NCBI GenBank assembly: GCA_038211945.1
Contig: JBBQVA010000003.1
Location: 35,081 to 99,080 of the forward strand
Direction: 5' to 3'
Source: Sphingomonadales bacterium
Lineage (GTDB): Bacteria > Pseudomonadota > Alphaproteobacteria > Sphingomonadales > Sphingomonadaceae
DNA length: 64,000 nt
The stretch's first letter is position 1. Each line of letters begins with the position of its first letter. Positions 19,960-30,916 of this stretch are shown in pieces. The notes below the pieces were generated by a model. It ran no database searches. It saw nothing but the letters and a program-made list of their open reading frames with translations, and was not told where the DNA came from. Position numbers and translations under genes: made by a program.

Positions 19960-20955
19960 ATGAGCAGTGATATCACAGCGACGCCCGTGCCATTGCCCGG
20001 CGGCTTGACGCTGCCTGGAGCGGCGATGCGGACATCGCGCCAGTCGCCGGGCGCCGAGCGTCTGTTCGGCGGTGCGGTGACGGGAACCGGCCTCATAGTA
20101 TTGGTGATGCTCGGCGCGATCATCATCATGCTGGTCATCGGTGCATGGCCGGCAATCAAGACCTTCGGCCTGCCGTTTTTCTGGAACCCGGTCTGGGATT
20201 CGGTCAACGATAAATATGGCGCGGGCGTCATGGTTTACGGAACTCTGCTCAGCTCGGCGATTGCGCTTGTGCTGGCTGTGCCACTGGCGACCGGAGTCGC
20301 CTATTTCCTCACCGAAATCCTGCCCGCTTCATTGCGTCGCCCGATCGGCATCGTCATTCAGCTACTCGCGGCGATCCCGTCGATCATCTACGGTATGTGG
20401 GGGTTCTTCGTGCTGGCACCGTTCCTCGCGCAGCATTTCATCCTCGACGTCGCAGACTTCTTCGCCGGTATTCCGGTGCTGCACAGCGTCTTCGACTACG
20501 GCTCGGGCAACAGCGTGTTCACCGCCGGGCTGGTGCTCGGCGTGATGATCCTGCCGCTGATCACCGCAATGTTCGTGGAAATCCTTGGGGCGACGCCGGT
20601 CGTCCTCAAGGAATCGGTTTACGGCCTCGGTGCCACCCGCTTCGAGGTCATTCGCCATGTCGCTGTGCCCTACGGCAGGCGCGCGATGGTCGGCGGCATC
20701 ATGCTCGGCCTTGGCCGCGCGCTCGGCGAGACAATGGCCGTCACCTTCGTCATCGGCAACGCGACACGGCTTTCGCCGAACTTGTTTGCTCAGGGCTCCA
20801 CGATCGCCTCGACGATCGCCAATGAATTCGCCGAAGCCGGTTTCGGCACGATGAAGCTGGCGTCGTTGCTCGGCCTTGGCCTGACGCTGTTCATCATCTC
20901 CTTCATCGTGCTGGCCGCCTCGCGCGCGCTGGTCGCCCCCCGGGTTGCAAGCTGA
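19960..20955 (+). CDS. pstC: Phosphate ABC permease
   Basis: LAAIPSIIYGMWG, LGLGRALGETMAV. Confidence 0.96.
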   Translation: MSSDITATPVPLPGGLTLPGAAMRTSRQSPGAERLFGGAVTGTGLIVLVMLGAIIIMLVIGAWPAIKTFGLPFFWNPVWDSVNDKYGAGVMVYGTLLSSAIALVLAVPLATGVAYFLTEILPASLRRPIGIVIQLLAAIPSIIYGMWGFFVLAPFLAQHFILDVADFFAGIPVLHSVFDYGSGNSVFTAGLVLGVMILPLITAMFVEILGATPVVLKESVYGLGATRFEVIRHVAVPYGRRAMVGGIMLGLGRALGETMAVTFVIGNATRLSPNLFAQGSTIASTIANEFAEAGFGTMKLASLLGLGLTLFIISFIVLAASRALVAPRVAS

Positions 20956-21803
20956 TGGCCATCCGCAAAAGTGCGCGGGGATCGAGCCGCAAGGCGACCA
21001 ACCTGATCGTCGCCGTGCTGGCGGCGTCGGCAGCGGTGATCGCGCTCGGCGTCCTCGCGTCGCTGCTGTGGACGTTGATCTCGCGCGGCTTGCCGGCCTT
21101 CCACTGGAGCATCCTGACCACCTCAATGGCTCCGACCGGCGAGATGGGGGGCCTTGCCAACGCCATCGTTGGCAGCCTGATCCAGGTTGCCATCGGCATG
21201 GCCATCGCCGCACCGATCGGGGTGCTGGCCGGAACCTATCTATCCGAATATGCGCGCGGATCGAAGCTGGGCGACGTGACGCGCTTCGTTAGCGACATCC
21301 TGCTTTCCGCACCGTCGATCCTTGTCGGCCTGTTTGTCTACACGCTGCTGGTCGCGACGACGAAGACCTATTCGGGCATCGCCGGTGGCGTCGCGCTCGC
21401 TGTTATCGCCGTCCCGATGATCGTCCGCACCACCGAGGACATGCTCTCGCTGGTTCCCATCGCACTGCGGGAGGCTGCCGCCGCGCTCGGCGCGCCGAAA
21501 TGGAAAGTGGTGACGCTCGTCGCCTGGCGCGCGGCCGGGGCGGGGATGTTGACCGGGCTGCTGCTGGCGCTGGCGCGGGTTGCCGGGGAAACCGCGCCGC
21601 TGATCTTCACCTCGCTTGGCAACCTCAACTGGTCGACTTCACTCGTCAAACCGATGGCGAGCCTGCCAATCGCCATCTATCAATATGCGTCGAGCCCGTA
21701 CGAAGACCTGGTCCAGCTTGCCTGGGCGGGCGCGCTGCTGGTGACGCTTGGCGTACTGGCCATCAATATCATCGCGCAGCTGACCGTCGGTCGGCGGCGC
21801 TAG
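20955..21803 (+). CDS. pstA: Phosphate ABC permease
   Basis: [29 protein letters not shown]. Confidence 0.96.
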   Translation: MAIRKSARGSSRKATNLIVAVLAASAAVIALGVLASLLWTLISRGLPAFHWSILTTSMAPTGEMGGLANAIVGSLIQVAIGMAIAAPIGVLAGTYLSEYARGSKLGDVTRFVSDILLSAPSILVGLFVYTLLVATTKTYSGIAGGVALAVIAVPMIVRTTEDMLSLVPIALREAAAALGAPKWKVVTLVAWRAAGAGMLTGLLLALARVAGETAPLIFTSLGNLNWSTSLVKPMASLPIAIYQYASSPYEDLVQLAWAGALLVTLGVLAINIIAQLTVGRRR

Positions 21804-21811
21804 GGGGAATT

Positions 21812-22633
21812 ATGTCCGAAGCACCGCAAATGGCGTCGCTGGCGGGCGCCGTCGGCCGCCGCGATACGCTGGCGGGCACCACGCCATACATCACCGCGCG
21901 CGGCCTCGACTTCTACTATGGCGATAATCACGCACTGAAGGGCATCAACCTCGATTTCCCCGAAAAGCGCGTGACCGCGCTGATCGGTCCGTCAGGTTGC
22001 GGAAAATCAACCCTGCTGCGTGTCATCAACCGCATGTACAGCCTTTATCCCGGCCAACGCGCCACCGGCGAAGTGCTGATGGATGGCGAGAATCTGATCG
22101 ACGACGCGGTCGACCCGACTGATCTGCGCGCCCGAATCGGCATGGTGTTTCAAAAACCGACACCATTCCCGATGTCGATTTATGAGAATGTCGCGTTCGG
22201 CATCCGACTGCACGAAAAGCTGTCCAAATCGGCGCTCGACGAGCGGATCGAATGGAGCCTGCGCAAGGCGGCGATCTGGGACGAGACCAAGGACCGGCTG
22301 AACACCTCGGCGCTTGGCATGTCGGGCGGCCAGCAGCAGCGGCTGTGCATCGCCCGCACCATCGCAGTGAAGCCCGAAGTGCTGTTGTTCGACGAACCGA
22401 CCTCGGCGCTCGATCCGATCTCTACCGCCAAGGTCGAGGAACTGATCGCCGAGCTCCGCGCTGAATTTACCATCCTGATCGTGACGCACTCGATGCAGCA
22501 GGCGGCGCGTTGTTCCGACCAGACGGTGTTCATGTATCTGGGGGAAGTTGTCGAAGTCGGGCCGACAGCAGACATCTTTACGAACCCGCGCGAGCAGCGC
22601 ACCCGCGAATATGTCACCGGCCGCTTCGGCTGA
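21812..22633 (+). CDS. pstB: Phosphate ABC ATPase
   Basis: [38 protein letters not shown]. Confidence 0.97.
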   Translation: MSEAPQMASLAGAVGRRDTLAGTTPYITARGLDFYYGDNHALKGINLDFPEKRVTALIGPSGCGKSTLLRVINRMYSLYPGQRATGEVLMDGENLIDDAVDPTDLRARIGMVFQKPTPFPMSIYENVAFGIRLHEKLSKSALDERIEWSLRKAAIWDETKDRLNTSALGMSGGQQQRLCIARTIAVKPEVLLFDEPTSALDPISTAKVEELIAELRAEFTILIVTHSMQQAARCSDQTVFMYLGEVVEVGPTADIFTNPREQRTREYVTGRFG

Positions 22634-22658
22634 TGCTGCGCGCACAAGGAACCGCATC

Positions 22659-23369
22659 ATGTCCGAAATGACCGCCCATACCGTCAAGGCGTTCGACGCA
22701 GACATCGAACAGCTGCGCGCCATCATCAGCGAGATGGGCGGGCTGTGCGAAGCGCAGGTCACAGCCGCCGTCGATGCGCTGACCAGCCGCAATGCCGATG
22801 CCGCCGCTGCCGTCGTCGCCGGTGACAAGCGCATCGACGCGCTGGAGGCCGATGCCGAAGCGCTGGCTGTTCGCATGATCGCGTTGCGCGCACCGATGGC
22901 CGACGATCTCCGCGAAATCATCGCCGCGCTGAAAATCAGCTCTGTGCTCGAACGCATTGGCGATTATGCCAAGAACATCGCCAAGCGCGCGACCGTCCTA
23001 TCGCAGTCGGCGCAGATCGAACCGATCGTCATCGTCCCTGAAATGGCACGGGTCGTTGTTTCGATGATCAAGGATGTTCTTGACGCCTATGTCGATCGTA
23101 ACGCCGTTCTCGCCGCCGACGTATCGGCGCGCGACCAGAAGGTCGATGATTTCTACAACAGCCTGTTCCGCTCACTGCTGACCTTCATGATGGAAAACCC
23201 GCAGCACATCACGCCGTCGACGCATTTGTTGTTCGTCGCCAAGAACCTCGAACGCATGGGCGATCATGCCACCAACGTCGCCGAAATGGTCTATTACGCC
23301 GTAACGGGTGAGCGCCTTGGCGACCGCGCCAAGGGTGACGACAGCCTCATGTACGGGGTGAGCGCCTGA
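22659..23369 (+). CDS. phoU: Phosphate signalling protein
   Basis: HTVKAFD, PMADDLR, LERIGDYAKNIA, LERMGDHATN. Confidence 0.96.
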   Translation: MSEMTAHTVKAFDADIEQLRAIISEMGGLCEAQVTAAVDALTSRNADAAAAVVAGDKRIDALEADAEALAVRMIALRAPMADDLREIIAALKISSVLERIGDYAKNIAKRATVLSQSAQIEPIVIVPEMARVVVSMIKDVLDAYVDRNAVLAADVSARDQKVDDFYNSLFRSLLTFMMENPQHITPSTHLLFVAKNLERMGDHATNVAEMVYYAVTGERLGDRAKGDDSLMYGVSA

Positions 23370-24076
23370 TGCGTCCGAAAATTCTCCTCGTCGAAGACGA
23401 CGCCAATCTGGTCGAGCTGGTCCGCTACAACCTCGACAAGGAAGGCTTTGATGTCGTCCAGACGGCCGATGGCGAAGAAGCTCTTGTGCTCGCTGAGGAG
23501 GACAAGCCCGATCTGGTCATCCTCGATTGGATGATTGCCAATCTGTCGGGGATCGAAGTTTGCCGCCGCCTGCGCCGTTCGCCAGCCACCGCCAACCTGC
23601 CGATTGTCATGCTGACCGCGCGCGCTGAGGAGGCCGATCGTATCCGCGGGTTGGAAACCGGCGCCGACGATTACGTCACCAAGCCGTTTTCGCCGCGCGA
23701 ACTCGTCGCCCGCGTCCGCGCCGTGCTGCGCCGCCTGCGCCCAGCGCTGAGCGGCGGCAATCTCGATTACGCCGGGATCATTATGGACACGTCGGCGCAT
23801 CGGGTGACGCGCGACGGCCTGCCCGTCCAGCTTGGCCCGACAGAATTCCGCCTGCTGCGGCATTTTCTCGAACACCCAGGCCGGGTGTTCTCGCGCGAGC
23901 AATTGCTCGACGCCGTGTGGGGCCGCGACGTTTACGTCGAGCAGCGGACGGTCGATGTCCACATCCGGCGGCTGCGCAAAGCGGTCAATGGGGACGATCT
24001 GCCCGATGTGATCCGCACGGTACGCTCGGCAGGCTATTCGCTCGACGCGGAGGTGACGACGGCGCGGGCGGCCTAA
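23369..24076 (+). CDS. phoB: Phosphate regulon response regulator
   Basis: Receiver plus OmpR-type domain, LGPTEFRLL, RTVDVHIRRLRK. Confidence 0.96.
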   Translation: MRPKILLVEDDANLVELVRYNLDKEGFDVVQTADGEEALVLAEEDKPDLVILDWMIANLSGIEVCRRLRRSPATANLPIVMLTARAEEADRIRGLETGADDYVTKPFSPRELVARVRAVLRRLRPALSGGNLDYAGIIMDTSAHRVTRDGLPVQLGPTEFRLLRHFLEHPGRVFSREQLLDAVWGRDVYVEQRTVDVHIRRLRKAVNGDDLPDVIRTVRSAGYSLDAEVTTARAA

Positions 24077-25278
24077 AGCGCCGCGGTTGCTGCGTGGATC
24101 GCGAGACCGACAGTACCACCGATCAACGTGCCGTTGATGCGGATGTATTGGAGATCGCGGCCGACCGCCGATTCGAGCTTGTCGGTAACCGTGCGCGCGT
24201 CCCAGCCGCGAACCGTATCGCTCACCAACCGGACGATCTCGTCGCCGTAATCATTGACCAGGCCGACCGCGGCGCGGCGAAGGTGGAGATTGATCGCCGC
24301 TCGCAGGGCAGGGTCGGCGTTGAGCCGTTCACCCAGGGTCCGCGTGATGATGCCGATCCGGACAGCTGACGCCCCGCCCGGATCAGCAAGCGCAGCGGTG
24401 ATGCCACCACGTGCGCTCGTCCACAGCCCCTCCAGCCAGTCGCCGAGTACGGGATTATCGATCAGATCGTCCTTGAAGCCTTCAACCTGCCGCTGCGATT
24501 CGGAGAAATGCCGTAGGTCGAACGCATAGGTCCGCAGGCTCCGCGCGATGCGTTCGCGGATCGGATGATAGGGGTCGCTGGCAAGCTCCCACAGCAACTT
24601 TCGGATGCCGTCGAGGATGGAATTGGCCACCCGCTCGTCAACATTGACGACCCGAAGCAACCAACTCGTCTGGTCGCTGACCATCGACCGGATCAGCGAT
24701 TCCTGATCGGCCAATGTCCGTTGCGCCCAGTCTAGCGCCGCATCGATGAGCGGTTCCTGACGGCCTTGATCGACGGTGGCGTCGATCGCGGCTGCGGCGA
24801 GCGGCGATAGCTGCATGGCGCGCAGCCGGTCCTGCGCCACCTGCCGGACCAGAGCCCCAACAGCGTCGGTGTCGAGTGCCTCGATCAGTCGGACTAGCAA
24901 TGGCCCCAGTCCACGCCGTCGCCCGGTGGCGGGGGCACGTTCGGCAACCAGCCAGTTGGCGGCAGCCTGCGCTATGTCGAAACCCTCCAGCCGCCGCGCG
25001 ACGACCGACGGGGTCAGGAAGTTGTCCTTGAGAAACTGCGCGAGGCTTTCGCCGATGCGGTCTTTATTGGCCGGGATGATAGCGGTGTGCGGGATCGGCA
25101 GGCCGAGCGGGCGGCGGAACAACGCGGTGACAGCGAACCAGTCGGCCAACCCGCCAACCAGCGACGCTTCGGTAAAGGCGCGAGCGTAACCGGCCCAGGC
25201 ACCGGCGGGGTGGAGGATGGTCAGCGCGACAAAGGCGGCCGCCATGGCGAACAGCAGCGCCGTCGCCACGGCGCGCAT
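24073..25278 (-). CDS. DUF445 membrane protein
   Basis: GGLADWFAVTALFR, IPHTAIIP, DLQYIRINGTLIGG. Confidence 0.92.
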   Translation of the reverse strand: MRAVATALLFAMAAAFVALTILHPAGAWAGYARAFTEASLVGGLADWFAVTALFRRPLGLPIPHTAIIPANKDRIGESLAQFLKDNFLTPSVVARRLEGFDIAQAAANWLVAERAPATGRRRGLGPLLVRLIEALDTDAVGALVRQVAQDRLRAMQLSPLAAAAIDATVDQGRQEPLIDAALDWAQRTLADQESLIRSMVSDQTSWLLRVVNVDERVANSILDGIRKLLWELASDPYHPIRERIARSLRTYAFDLRHFSESQRQVEGFKDDLIDNPVLGDWLEGLWTSARGGITAALADPGGASAVRIGIITRTLGERLNADPALRAAINLHLRRAAVGLVNDYGDEIVRLVSDTVRGWDARTVTDKLESAVGRDLQYIRINGTLIGGTVGLAIHAATAAL

Positions 25279-25347
25279 CCGCGTGAACGGGGTCGCGGGC
25301 AGATCGAAAGGGCGGAGAAGTTTGAGGGGCAGGGGCCAAAACCTTCA

Positions 25348-25377
25348 CTGTCATTCCAGCTTTCGCGGGAATGACAG
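25348..25377. repeat. Short palindrome, REP/dRS3-like or terminator of the RND operon
   Basis: CTGTCATTCC-AGCTTTCGCG-GGAATGACAG. Confidence 0.55.
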
Positions 25378-25384
25378 AATAGGC

Positions 25385-28300
25385 TTACTCGGCCTGCTGG
25401 GGAAGCGGCACTGTCCCCGCTTCGCCGCCCGTCAGCAATTTGCCGAAACGCTTGCCGAGCCATTTTTCCAGATCGTCCGCCAAGGTAAAGCCGGCCGGAA
25501 CGATGACCAACGTCAGGATTGTCGACAGTGTCAGCCCGCCGATGACCGCGACGGCCATGGGTTTCCGGAAGGACGAATCGCCGCCGATCGACAGCGCCAC
25601 CGGCAGCATACCGGCGACCATGGCGACCGTCGTCATGACGATCGGTTGGGCGCGTTTGCGACCGGCTTCGAGGATCGCGTCGATCCGGTCGACGCCGACG
25701 CGCATCTCCTCGATGGCGAAGTCGATGAGCAGGATCGAGTTTTTCGCGACGATGCCGAACAGCATCAACAGCCCGATGAACACCGGCATCGACAACGCCA
25801 TACCCGCGATCAGCAGCGCGATGATCGACCCCAGCGGGGCCAGCGCCAGCGATGCGACGTTGACGAATGGCGGCAGCGCTTTGCGATAGAGCAGCACCAG
25901 CACGGCAAAGACCAGCAGGATGCCAGCGATGACGGCGAAGACGAAATTCGTCAGCAATTCCGCCTGCCACTCGGCATTGCCGAAGGCGACCTCCTTCACG
26001 CCCTGCGGCATGGATTTATAGGCGGGCAGGGCGTGAATGGCGTTCATTGCCGTTCCGCTCTGTGCGCCGGGGGCAAGGTCGGCGACAATGGCGATGCGGC
26101 GGCCCTGGTTGAAGCGACGGATCTTGACCGCGCCCTCACCGAAGCTAACGTCGGCAAGCACCTTCAGCGGCACCGCGCCGCCGTTCGCCGTCGGCACCAG
26201 CATGTTCTTGATCGTGTCGAGATCGCCGCGCGAGCTTTCGGGCAGCTGGACGCGGATCGGGATCTGCCGGTCACTCAGCGAGAATTTCGCCAGATTCTGC
26301 GGGATATCGCCGAGCGTGCCGATGCGGATCGTCTGCGACAGCGCCTGCACTGAAACACCCATCTGCGCGGCCAGCGCGAAATGCGGGCGAACGACGATTT
26401 CGGGGCGTTGCAGATCGGCGTCAATGTGCGGGTCGCGGAGCGTGCCGATCCCCTTCATGCCGCCAACGATGGCCTGGGCGCTGCTGTGCAGCAGGTTGGG
26501 ATCGTCGCCGACTAGCATAACCGAGATGTCATGGCCGCCGACGCCACCTTCCTGCGACTGGAAATTGATGCGGGCGTCGGGCAATTGGCGCAGCACGACC
26601 GCCATATCGCGTTCGAACTCCACTGTGGTGAGCTTGCGTTGGTCGCGGGGCTTCAGCGTAATCGAAATGTTGGCATAGCGAATTTCGTCATCGCCGCCGA
26701 TCGATTCGAGCACCGTCTGCACTTCGGGCCGCGCGCGCAGCATTGTCGCCGCCTGACCGGTAACGCGCTTGACGTCCTCGAACCGGACGCCGGGCGCCAT
26801 TTCGATCTGGACACTCGATTCACCATTGTCGCGCGGCGGCTGGAAGGTCAGCGGCAGCTGGGTCACCAGCACCCCCGACAGCAGGAAAGCCGCAAAACCT
26901 GCCATGACCGTCCACCAGCGGTGGCGGATCGACCAGCGCAGGAACTCGATGTAGCGCGCCATCAACTTACCCTGCGCGTGCGGCTTGGCGCCTTCGGGTT
27001 TCAGGAAATAGGCGGCGCACAGGGGTGTGATGAGGCGTGCCACGAGCAGCGACATCAGCACGGAAATGACCACGGTCAGCCCGAACTGCTTGAAGAACTG
27101 ACCCGAGATACCCGGCATCAGCGCCACCGGCAGGAACACCGCAACAATGGCGAAAGTGGTAGCGACGACGGCCAGACCGATCTCGTCGGCGGCGTCCATG
27201 GATGCGCGCCACGCCGATTTGCCCATCCGCATGTGCCGGACGATATTCTCGATCTCGACGATGGCGTCGTCGACGAGAATACCGGCGACAAGACTGAGCG
27301 CGAGCAGGCTGAGGCCGTTCAGTGTAAAGCCGAGCGCGTCCATGAAAAAGAACGCCGGGATCGACGACAGCGGGATCGCCAGTGCCGAGATCGCCGTCGC
27401 CCGCCAGTCGCGCAAGAAGACGAACACCACCAGCACGGCGAGGATTGCGCCTTCGAAGATCGCCTCGATCGCAACATCATATTGCTTGCGGGTGTATTTG
27501 ACGCTGTCGTCGATCAGGTCGATCTTGACCTTGGGATTTTCGGCGCTGATCTTGGCGAGTTCGGCAGTGACCTTGTCGGCGGTGGCGACCTCGGACACGC
27601 CCTTGCCCTTCTGGATCGAAAAGCCGGTGACTTCGCGGCCATTGAGCCGTGCCATGCGGCGTTGTTCTGCGGTCCCGTCGCGCACATCGGCGAGGTCGCC
27701 AAGGCGCACCATGCGTCCGCCGGGCAGTGCGATCTGCGTTTCGGCGAGGGTCTGCGCGGTCTTGGCACCGCCGAGCACGCGCAGTGCCTGTTCGGCGCCG
27801 GCAACTTCGGCACGTCCGCCTGCAGCATCGACGTTCAGCGCCCGCAGCGCCGAATTGACCTGAACCGCGGTCACTCCGAACGATTGCAGCCGCGCCGGAT
27901 CGAGGTTGACCCGGATTTCGCGGCTGACCCCGCCCTGGCGGCTGATCCCAGCGACTCCGGGGATCGACAACAGGCGCTTGGAAATCGTGTTGTCGACGAA
28001 CCAGCTGAGCTGCTCGAGCGTCATGTCGGTCGTGGTGACGGTGTATTGGCCAAGCGTCCCGTCGAAGTCCTGGCGCTGGACGACCGGCTCCAGAATGCCT
28101 TCGGGCAGGTCGGGGCGGACCTTGGCGATGGCGTCGCGGACATCATTGATGGCGCGGTCCGGGGACGTGCCGACGGCAAACTCCACGTTCGTCGTCGATG
28201 CGCCCTCGACCGCCCAGCTGGTGATCCGCTCGACATTGCCGATCGATGCGACAGCACCTTCGATGCGCTGGGTGATCTGCTTTTCCATCTCGCTCGGCGC

Positions 28301-28465
28301 GGCACCGGGCTGGCCGACGATCACTGTCGCCACCGGAAAGCTGATGTCCGGGTTCTGGTTGATCGCCATATTGTGGAAGCTGACGAACCCCAGGAACGTC
28401 AGCATCAGGAACAGCACGATCGGGAAGGTCGGGTTCTTGATCGCCCAGCTGGAGATGTTACGCAT
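25385..28465 (-). CDS. RND efflux permease (AcrB/AcrD/AcrF family)
   Basis: 1026 aa, GILVDDAIVEIENI, GIVAKNSILLIDF, RAQPIVMTT. Confidence 0.95.
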   Translation of the reverse strand: MRNISSWAIKNPTFPIVLFLMLTFLGFVSFHNMAINQNPDISFPVATVIVGQPGAAPSEMEKQITQRIEGAVASIGNVERITSWAVEGASTTNVEFAVGTSPDRAINDVRDAIAKVRPDLPEGILEPVVQRQDFDGTLGQYTVTTTDMTLEQLSWFVDNTISKRLLSIPGVAGISRQGGVSREIRVNLDPARLQSFGVTAVQVNSALRALNVDAAGGRAEVAGAEQALRVLGGAKTAQTLAETQIALPGGRMVRLGDLADVRDGTAEQRRMARLNGREVTGFSIQKGKGVSEVATADKVTAELAKISAENPKVKIDLIDDSVKYTRKQYDVAIEAIFEGAILAVLVVFVFLRDWRATAISALAIPLSSIPAFFFMDALGFTLNGLSLLALSLVAGILVDDAIVEIENIVRHMRMGKSAWRASMDAADEIGLAVVATTFAIVAVFLPVALMPGISGQFFKQFGLTVVISVLMSLLVARLITPLCAAYFLKPEGAKPHAQGKLMARYIEFLRWSIRHRWWTVMAGFAAFLLSGVLVTQLPLTFQPPRDNGESSVQIEMAPGVRFEDVKRVTGQAATMLRARPEVQTVLESIGGDDEIRYANISITLKPRDQRKLTTVEFERDMAVVLRQLPDARINFQSQEGGVGGHDISVMLVGDDPNLLHSSAQAIVGGMKGIGTLRDPHIDADLQRPEIVVRPHFALAAQMGVSVQALSQTIRIGTLGDIPQNLAKFSLSDRQIPIRVQLPESSRGDLDTIKNMLVPTANGGAVPLKVLADVSFGEGAVKIRRFNQGRRIAIVADLAPGAQSGTAMNAIHALPAYKSMPQGVKEVAFGNAEWQAELLTNFVFAVIAGILLVFAVLVLLYRKALPPFVNVASLALAPLGSIIALLIAGMALSMPVFIGLLMLFGIVAKNSILLIDFAIEEMRVGVDRIDAILEAGRKRAQPIVMTTVAMVAGMLPVALSIGGDSSFRKPMAVAVIGGLTLSTILTLVIVPAGFTLADDLEKWLGKRFGKLLTGGEAGTVPLPQQAE

Positions 28466-28469
28466 CGGG

Positions 28470-29684
28470 CTATTGCCCCTTGGCGAGGACGGGCTTGATC
28501 TTTTCGCCGGGTTCGAGGAACGCCGCCGAGCTCTGTACGACGCGCTCGTTACCCTGCAACCCGGTCAGGATGGCGATACCGGCGTCGCTGGCGGTGCCCA
28601 CGGTCACGCCAACGCGGCGGACCTTGTCATCGGATCCAGCGACAAAGACATAGCTACCCTTGTCGTCAATCTGCACCGCCGATTGCGGCAGCACCGGATG
28701 GAACGCCTCCCCAGCGGCAATATCGGCGTTGGCAAAAGCTCCGACCCGCAGGCCGGGCGAATAGGCCAGCGCGATGCGTGCGATGCCCTGGCGGCTGTTC
28801 GGATCGATGACCGGATCGAGCAGCCAGATACGGCCGTGATAGACGGTCGTCGACCCGACCGGCGTGACGCTGGCAGGAAGCCCGGCCTTCAATCGAGCCA
28901 TGTCCTGTTCGGCGACCAGTGCGCGCATTTCCAACACGCCGCCCTCGGCGATGCGGAACAGCGCTGCCGACGATGGCCCGACGACCTGGCCGGTTTCGAC
29001 GTTGCGCGACAGGACGAGCCCCGCGGCGGGGGCGCGAATGTCGAGACGCGCGGTACGCGCCTGCGCCTCCGCCAACTGGGCGCGTGCCACGGCGACCTTG
29101 GCGTTAGCCCCGTCGCGCGTCGCAGTCTTGCGGTCGATATCGGCCTTGGAGATAAAGCCCTTGCTGACCAGTGCCTGGGCGCGGGTGAGTTCGGATTGGG
29201 CGAGTGCAGCATCGGCCTGCGCCGACTGAATACTCGCGCCGAGCGACACCGCCGTCTGGGTCTGCACCCGCCGGTCGATGCGCGCCAGCACCTGACCTGC
29301 AGCAACCGACTGACCCGGCTCGACCAGAACCTGCGTCACCATACCGCCTTCGCCCTGGACACCGACCGAGGAATCTCGGCGTGCGGCAATCGAGCCTGTC
29401 GCAGTGATCGCATCGGCGACCGCTACACGACCGGGGATGACTACGGTGACTTGCGGAATCAACGCTATGGCCGGTGGTGGCGGGGCCTTTGCAAACATCC
29501 GCGAAGCGACGAAGCCGATTACCAGCAGCGCCAGCACAGCCAAGCCGACCCATAGCCATCGACGACTTCGGGGGCGCGAGGGTTCGGTATCCTCGTTGGC
29601 CGCAACCGGCACCATCGCCTCGGTCGCATGGCCCCGACGGATCGGATAGATGGTCGGTGTGTCGGACTCGGCCAGCGTCGGCAT
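28470..29684 (-). CDS. RND periplasmic adaptor (membrane fusion protein)
   Basis: N-terminal TM helix, lipoyl half motifs, coiled hairpin, IRAPAAG. Confidence 0.93.
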   Translation of the reverse strand: MPTLAESDTPTIYPIRRGHATEAMVPVAANEDTEPSRPRSRRWLWVGLAVLALLVIGFVASRMFAKAPPPPAIALIPQVTVVIPGRVAVADAITATGSIAARRDSSVGVQGEGGMVTQVLVEPGQSVAAGQVLARIDRRVQTQTAVSLGASIQSAQADAALAQSELTRAQALVSKGFISKADIDRKTATRDGANAKVAVARAQLAEAQARTARLDIRAPAAGLVLSRNVETGQVVGPSSAALFRIAEGGVLEMRALVAEQDMARLKAGLPASVTPVGSTTVYHGRIWLLDPVIDPNSRQGIARIALAYSPGLRVGAFANADIAAGEAFHPVLPQSAVQIDDKGSYVFVAGSDDKVRRVGVTVGTASDAGIAILTGLQGNERVVQSSAAFLEPGEKIKPVLAKGQ

Positions 29685-29849
29685 CGGTGTCGCCTGTGAA
29701 AATTATGTTAGCGGGTGTATTATGCTAATAACGCACCCATCGCAAGCCCTATACTGCAAATTTCTGTCTTGGCGAAGGCTGGATCAATACAATTGCGCAA
29801 GGCTCGGCAAACGGGCAACATGAAGCGCGTCATCTCTTGGGGATATGTA

Positions 29850-30119
29850 ATGCTCGGACAGCACGGCTTTCTCGGTTGGATCATCGTCGGCTTGATCGTT
29901 GGTGCTATTGCCAAGCTGATCATGCCGGGGCGCGACCCCGGGGGTTTCATCGTCACCATGTTAATCGGTATCGCCGGCGCGCTTGCCGCGGGCTTTCTGG
30001 GCAAGTTGATCGGCCTGTATCGCGAGCCCGGCACGGGTCCGGGCTGGATCATGTCCGTTTTGGGCGCGATTGTCCTTCTGGCCTTGTGGCGCGTCATCAA
30101 CAAGAACCGTACGACCTGA
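29850..30119 (+). CDS. GlsB/YeaQ/YmgE stress membrane protein
   Basis: WIIVGLIVGAIAKLIMPGRDPGGFIVT. Confidence 0.9.
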   Translation: MLGQHGFLGWIIVGLIVGAIAKLIMPGRDPGGFIVTMLIGIAGALAAGFLGKLIGLYREPGTGPGWIMSVLGAIVLLALWRVINKNRTT

Positions 30120-30211
30120 CAGTGCGGTTCAGCGCCGCGAAAGCAGTTGCGGCGTCAAGTGTCGGCGGATGACTGCACACAGGGTCAGCCAGGGCACCTG
30201 AAAGGACATCT

Positions 30212-30916
30212 ATGCGCATGATTTTCGCCGCTGCTCTGCTGCTGAGCGCTTCGGCGGGCGTCGCTCAAACACCGCAATTCGGCGTGTTTCCGCAGCCTGC
30301 AACACTGACCGTGACGGCAGAGGGAAAGGTCGATCGCGCTCCTGACGTTGCGCAAATTTCGGGCGGGGTCGTCACAACCGCCCCGACGGCGTCGGCAGCA
30401 ATGGCGGAAAATGCGCAGCGTATGTCTGCTGTTGTCGCCGCCGTGCGCAGGGCAGGGGTCGCCGACCGCGATATTCAAACCCAGGGCCTCAGCCTGTCGC
30501 CGCAATACCGCTACGATAATAACCAGCCGCCGGTGCTGACCGGCTATCAGGCTTCCAACACCGTGTCGCTGCGGCTGCGCAAACTGGCAGACGCCGGACG
30601 GCTGCTCGATACGCTGGTGCAAGTCGGTGCGAACCAGCTTAACGGCCCGACGTTCAGCGTCGACAATACAGCTGCAGCGCTCGACGAAGCGCGCGCGGCG
30701 GCCGTTTCACAGGCCCGCAGCCGCGCCGACCTTTACGCCAAGGCGGCTGGCGTCCGTATCAAGCGCATTCTCAGCATCAGCGAAAGCAGCGACCAACCCG
30801 GTCCGCGTCCGATGTTGCGCGCGGCCATGGCGATGAAGGCAGAGTCCGCGACCCCGGTCGAACCCGGTGAGATTGCGCTGTCGGTCAATGTGACGATGGT
30901 CTTCGAACTCGAATAG
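30212..30916 (+). CDS. SIMPL (DUF541) periplasmic protein
   Basis: Signal peptide, APDVAQISGGV, DIQT, GYQASN. Confidence 0.92.
   Translation: MRMIFAAALLLSASAGVAQTPQFGVFPQPATLTVTAEGKVDRAPDVAQISGGVVTTAPTASAAMAENAQRMSAVVAAVRRAGVADRDIQTQGLSLSPQYRYDNNQPPVLTGYQASNTVSLRLRKLADAGRLLDTLVQVGANQLNGPTFSVDNTAAALDEARAAAVSQARSRADLYAKAAGVRIKRILSISESSDQPGPRPMLRAAMAMKAESATPVEPGEIALSVNVTMVFELE

Noticed and set aside
26531-29555. Long plus-strand ORFs (655 aa, 549 aa) and similar antisense ORFs elsewhere
   Set aside because: Shadow ORFs opposite well-supported genes in high-GC DNA; no motifs
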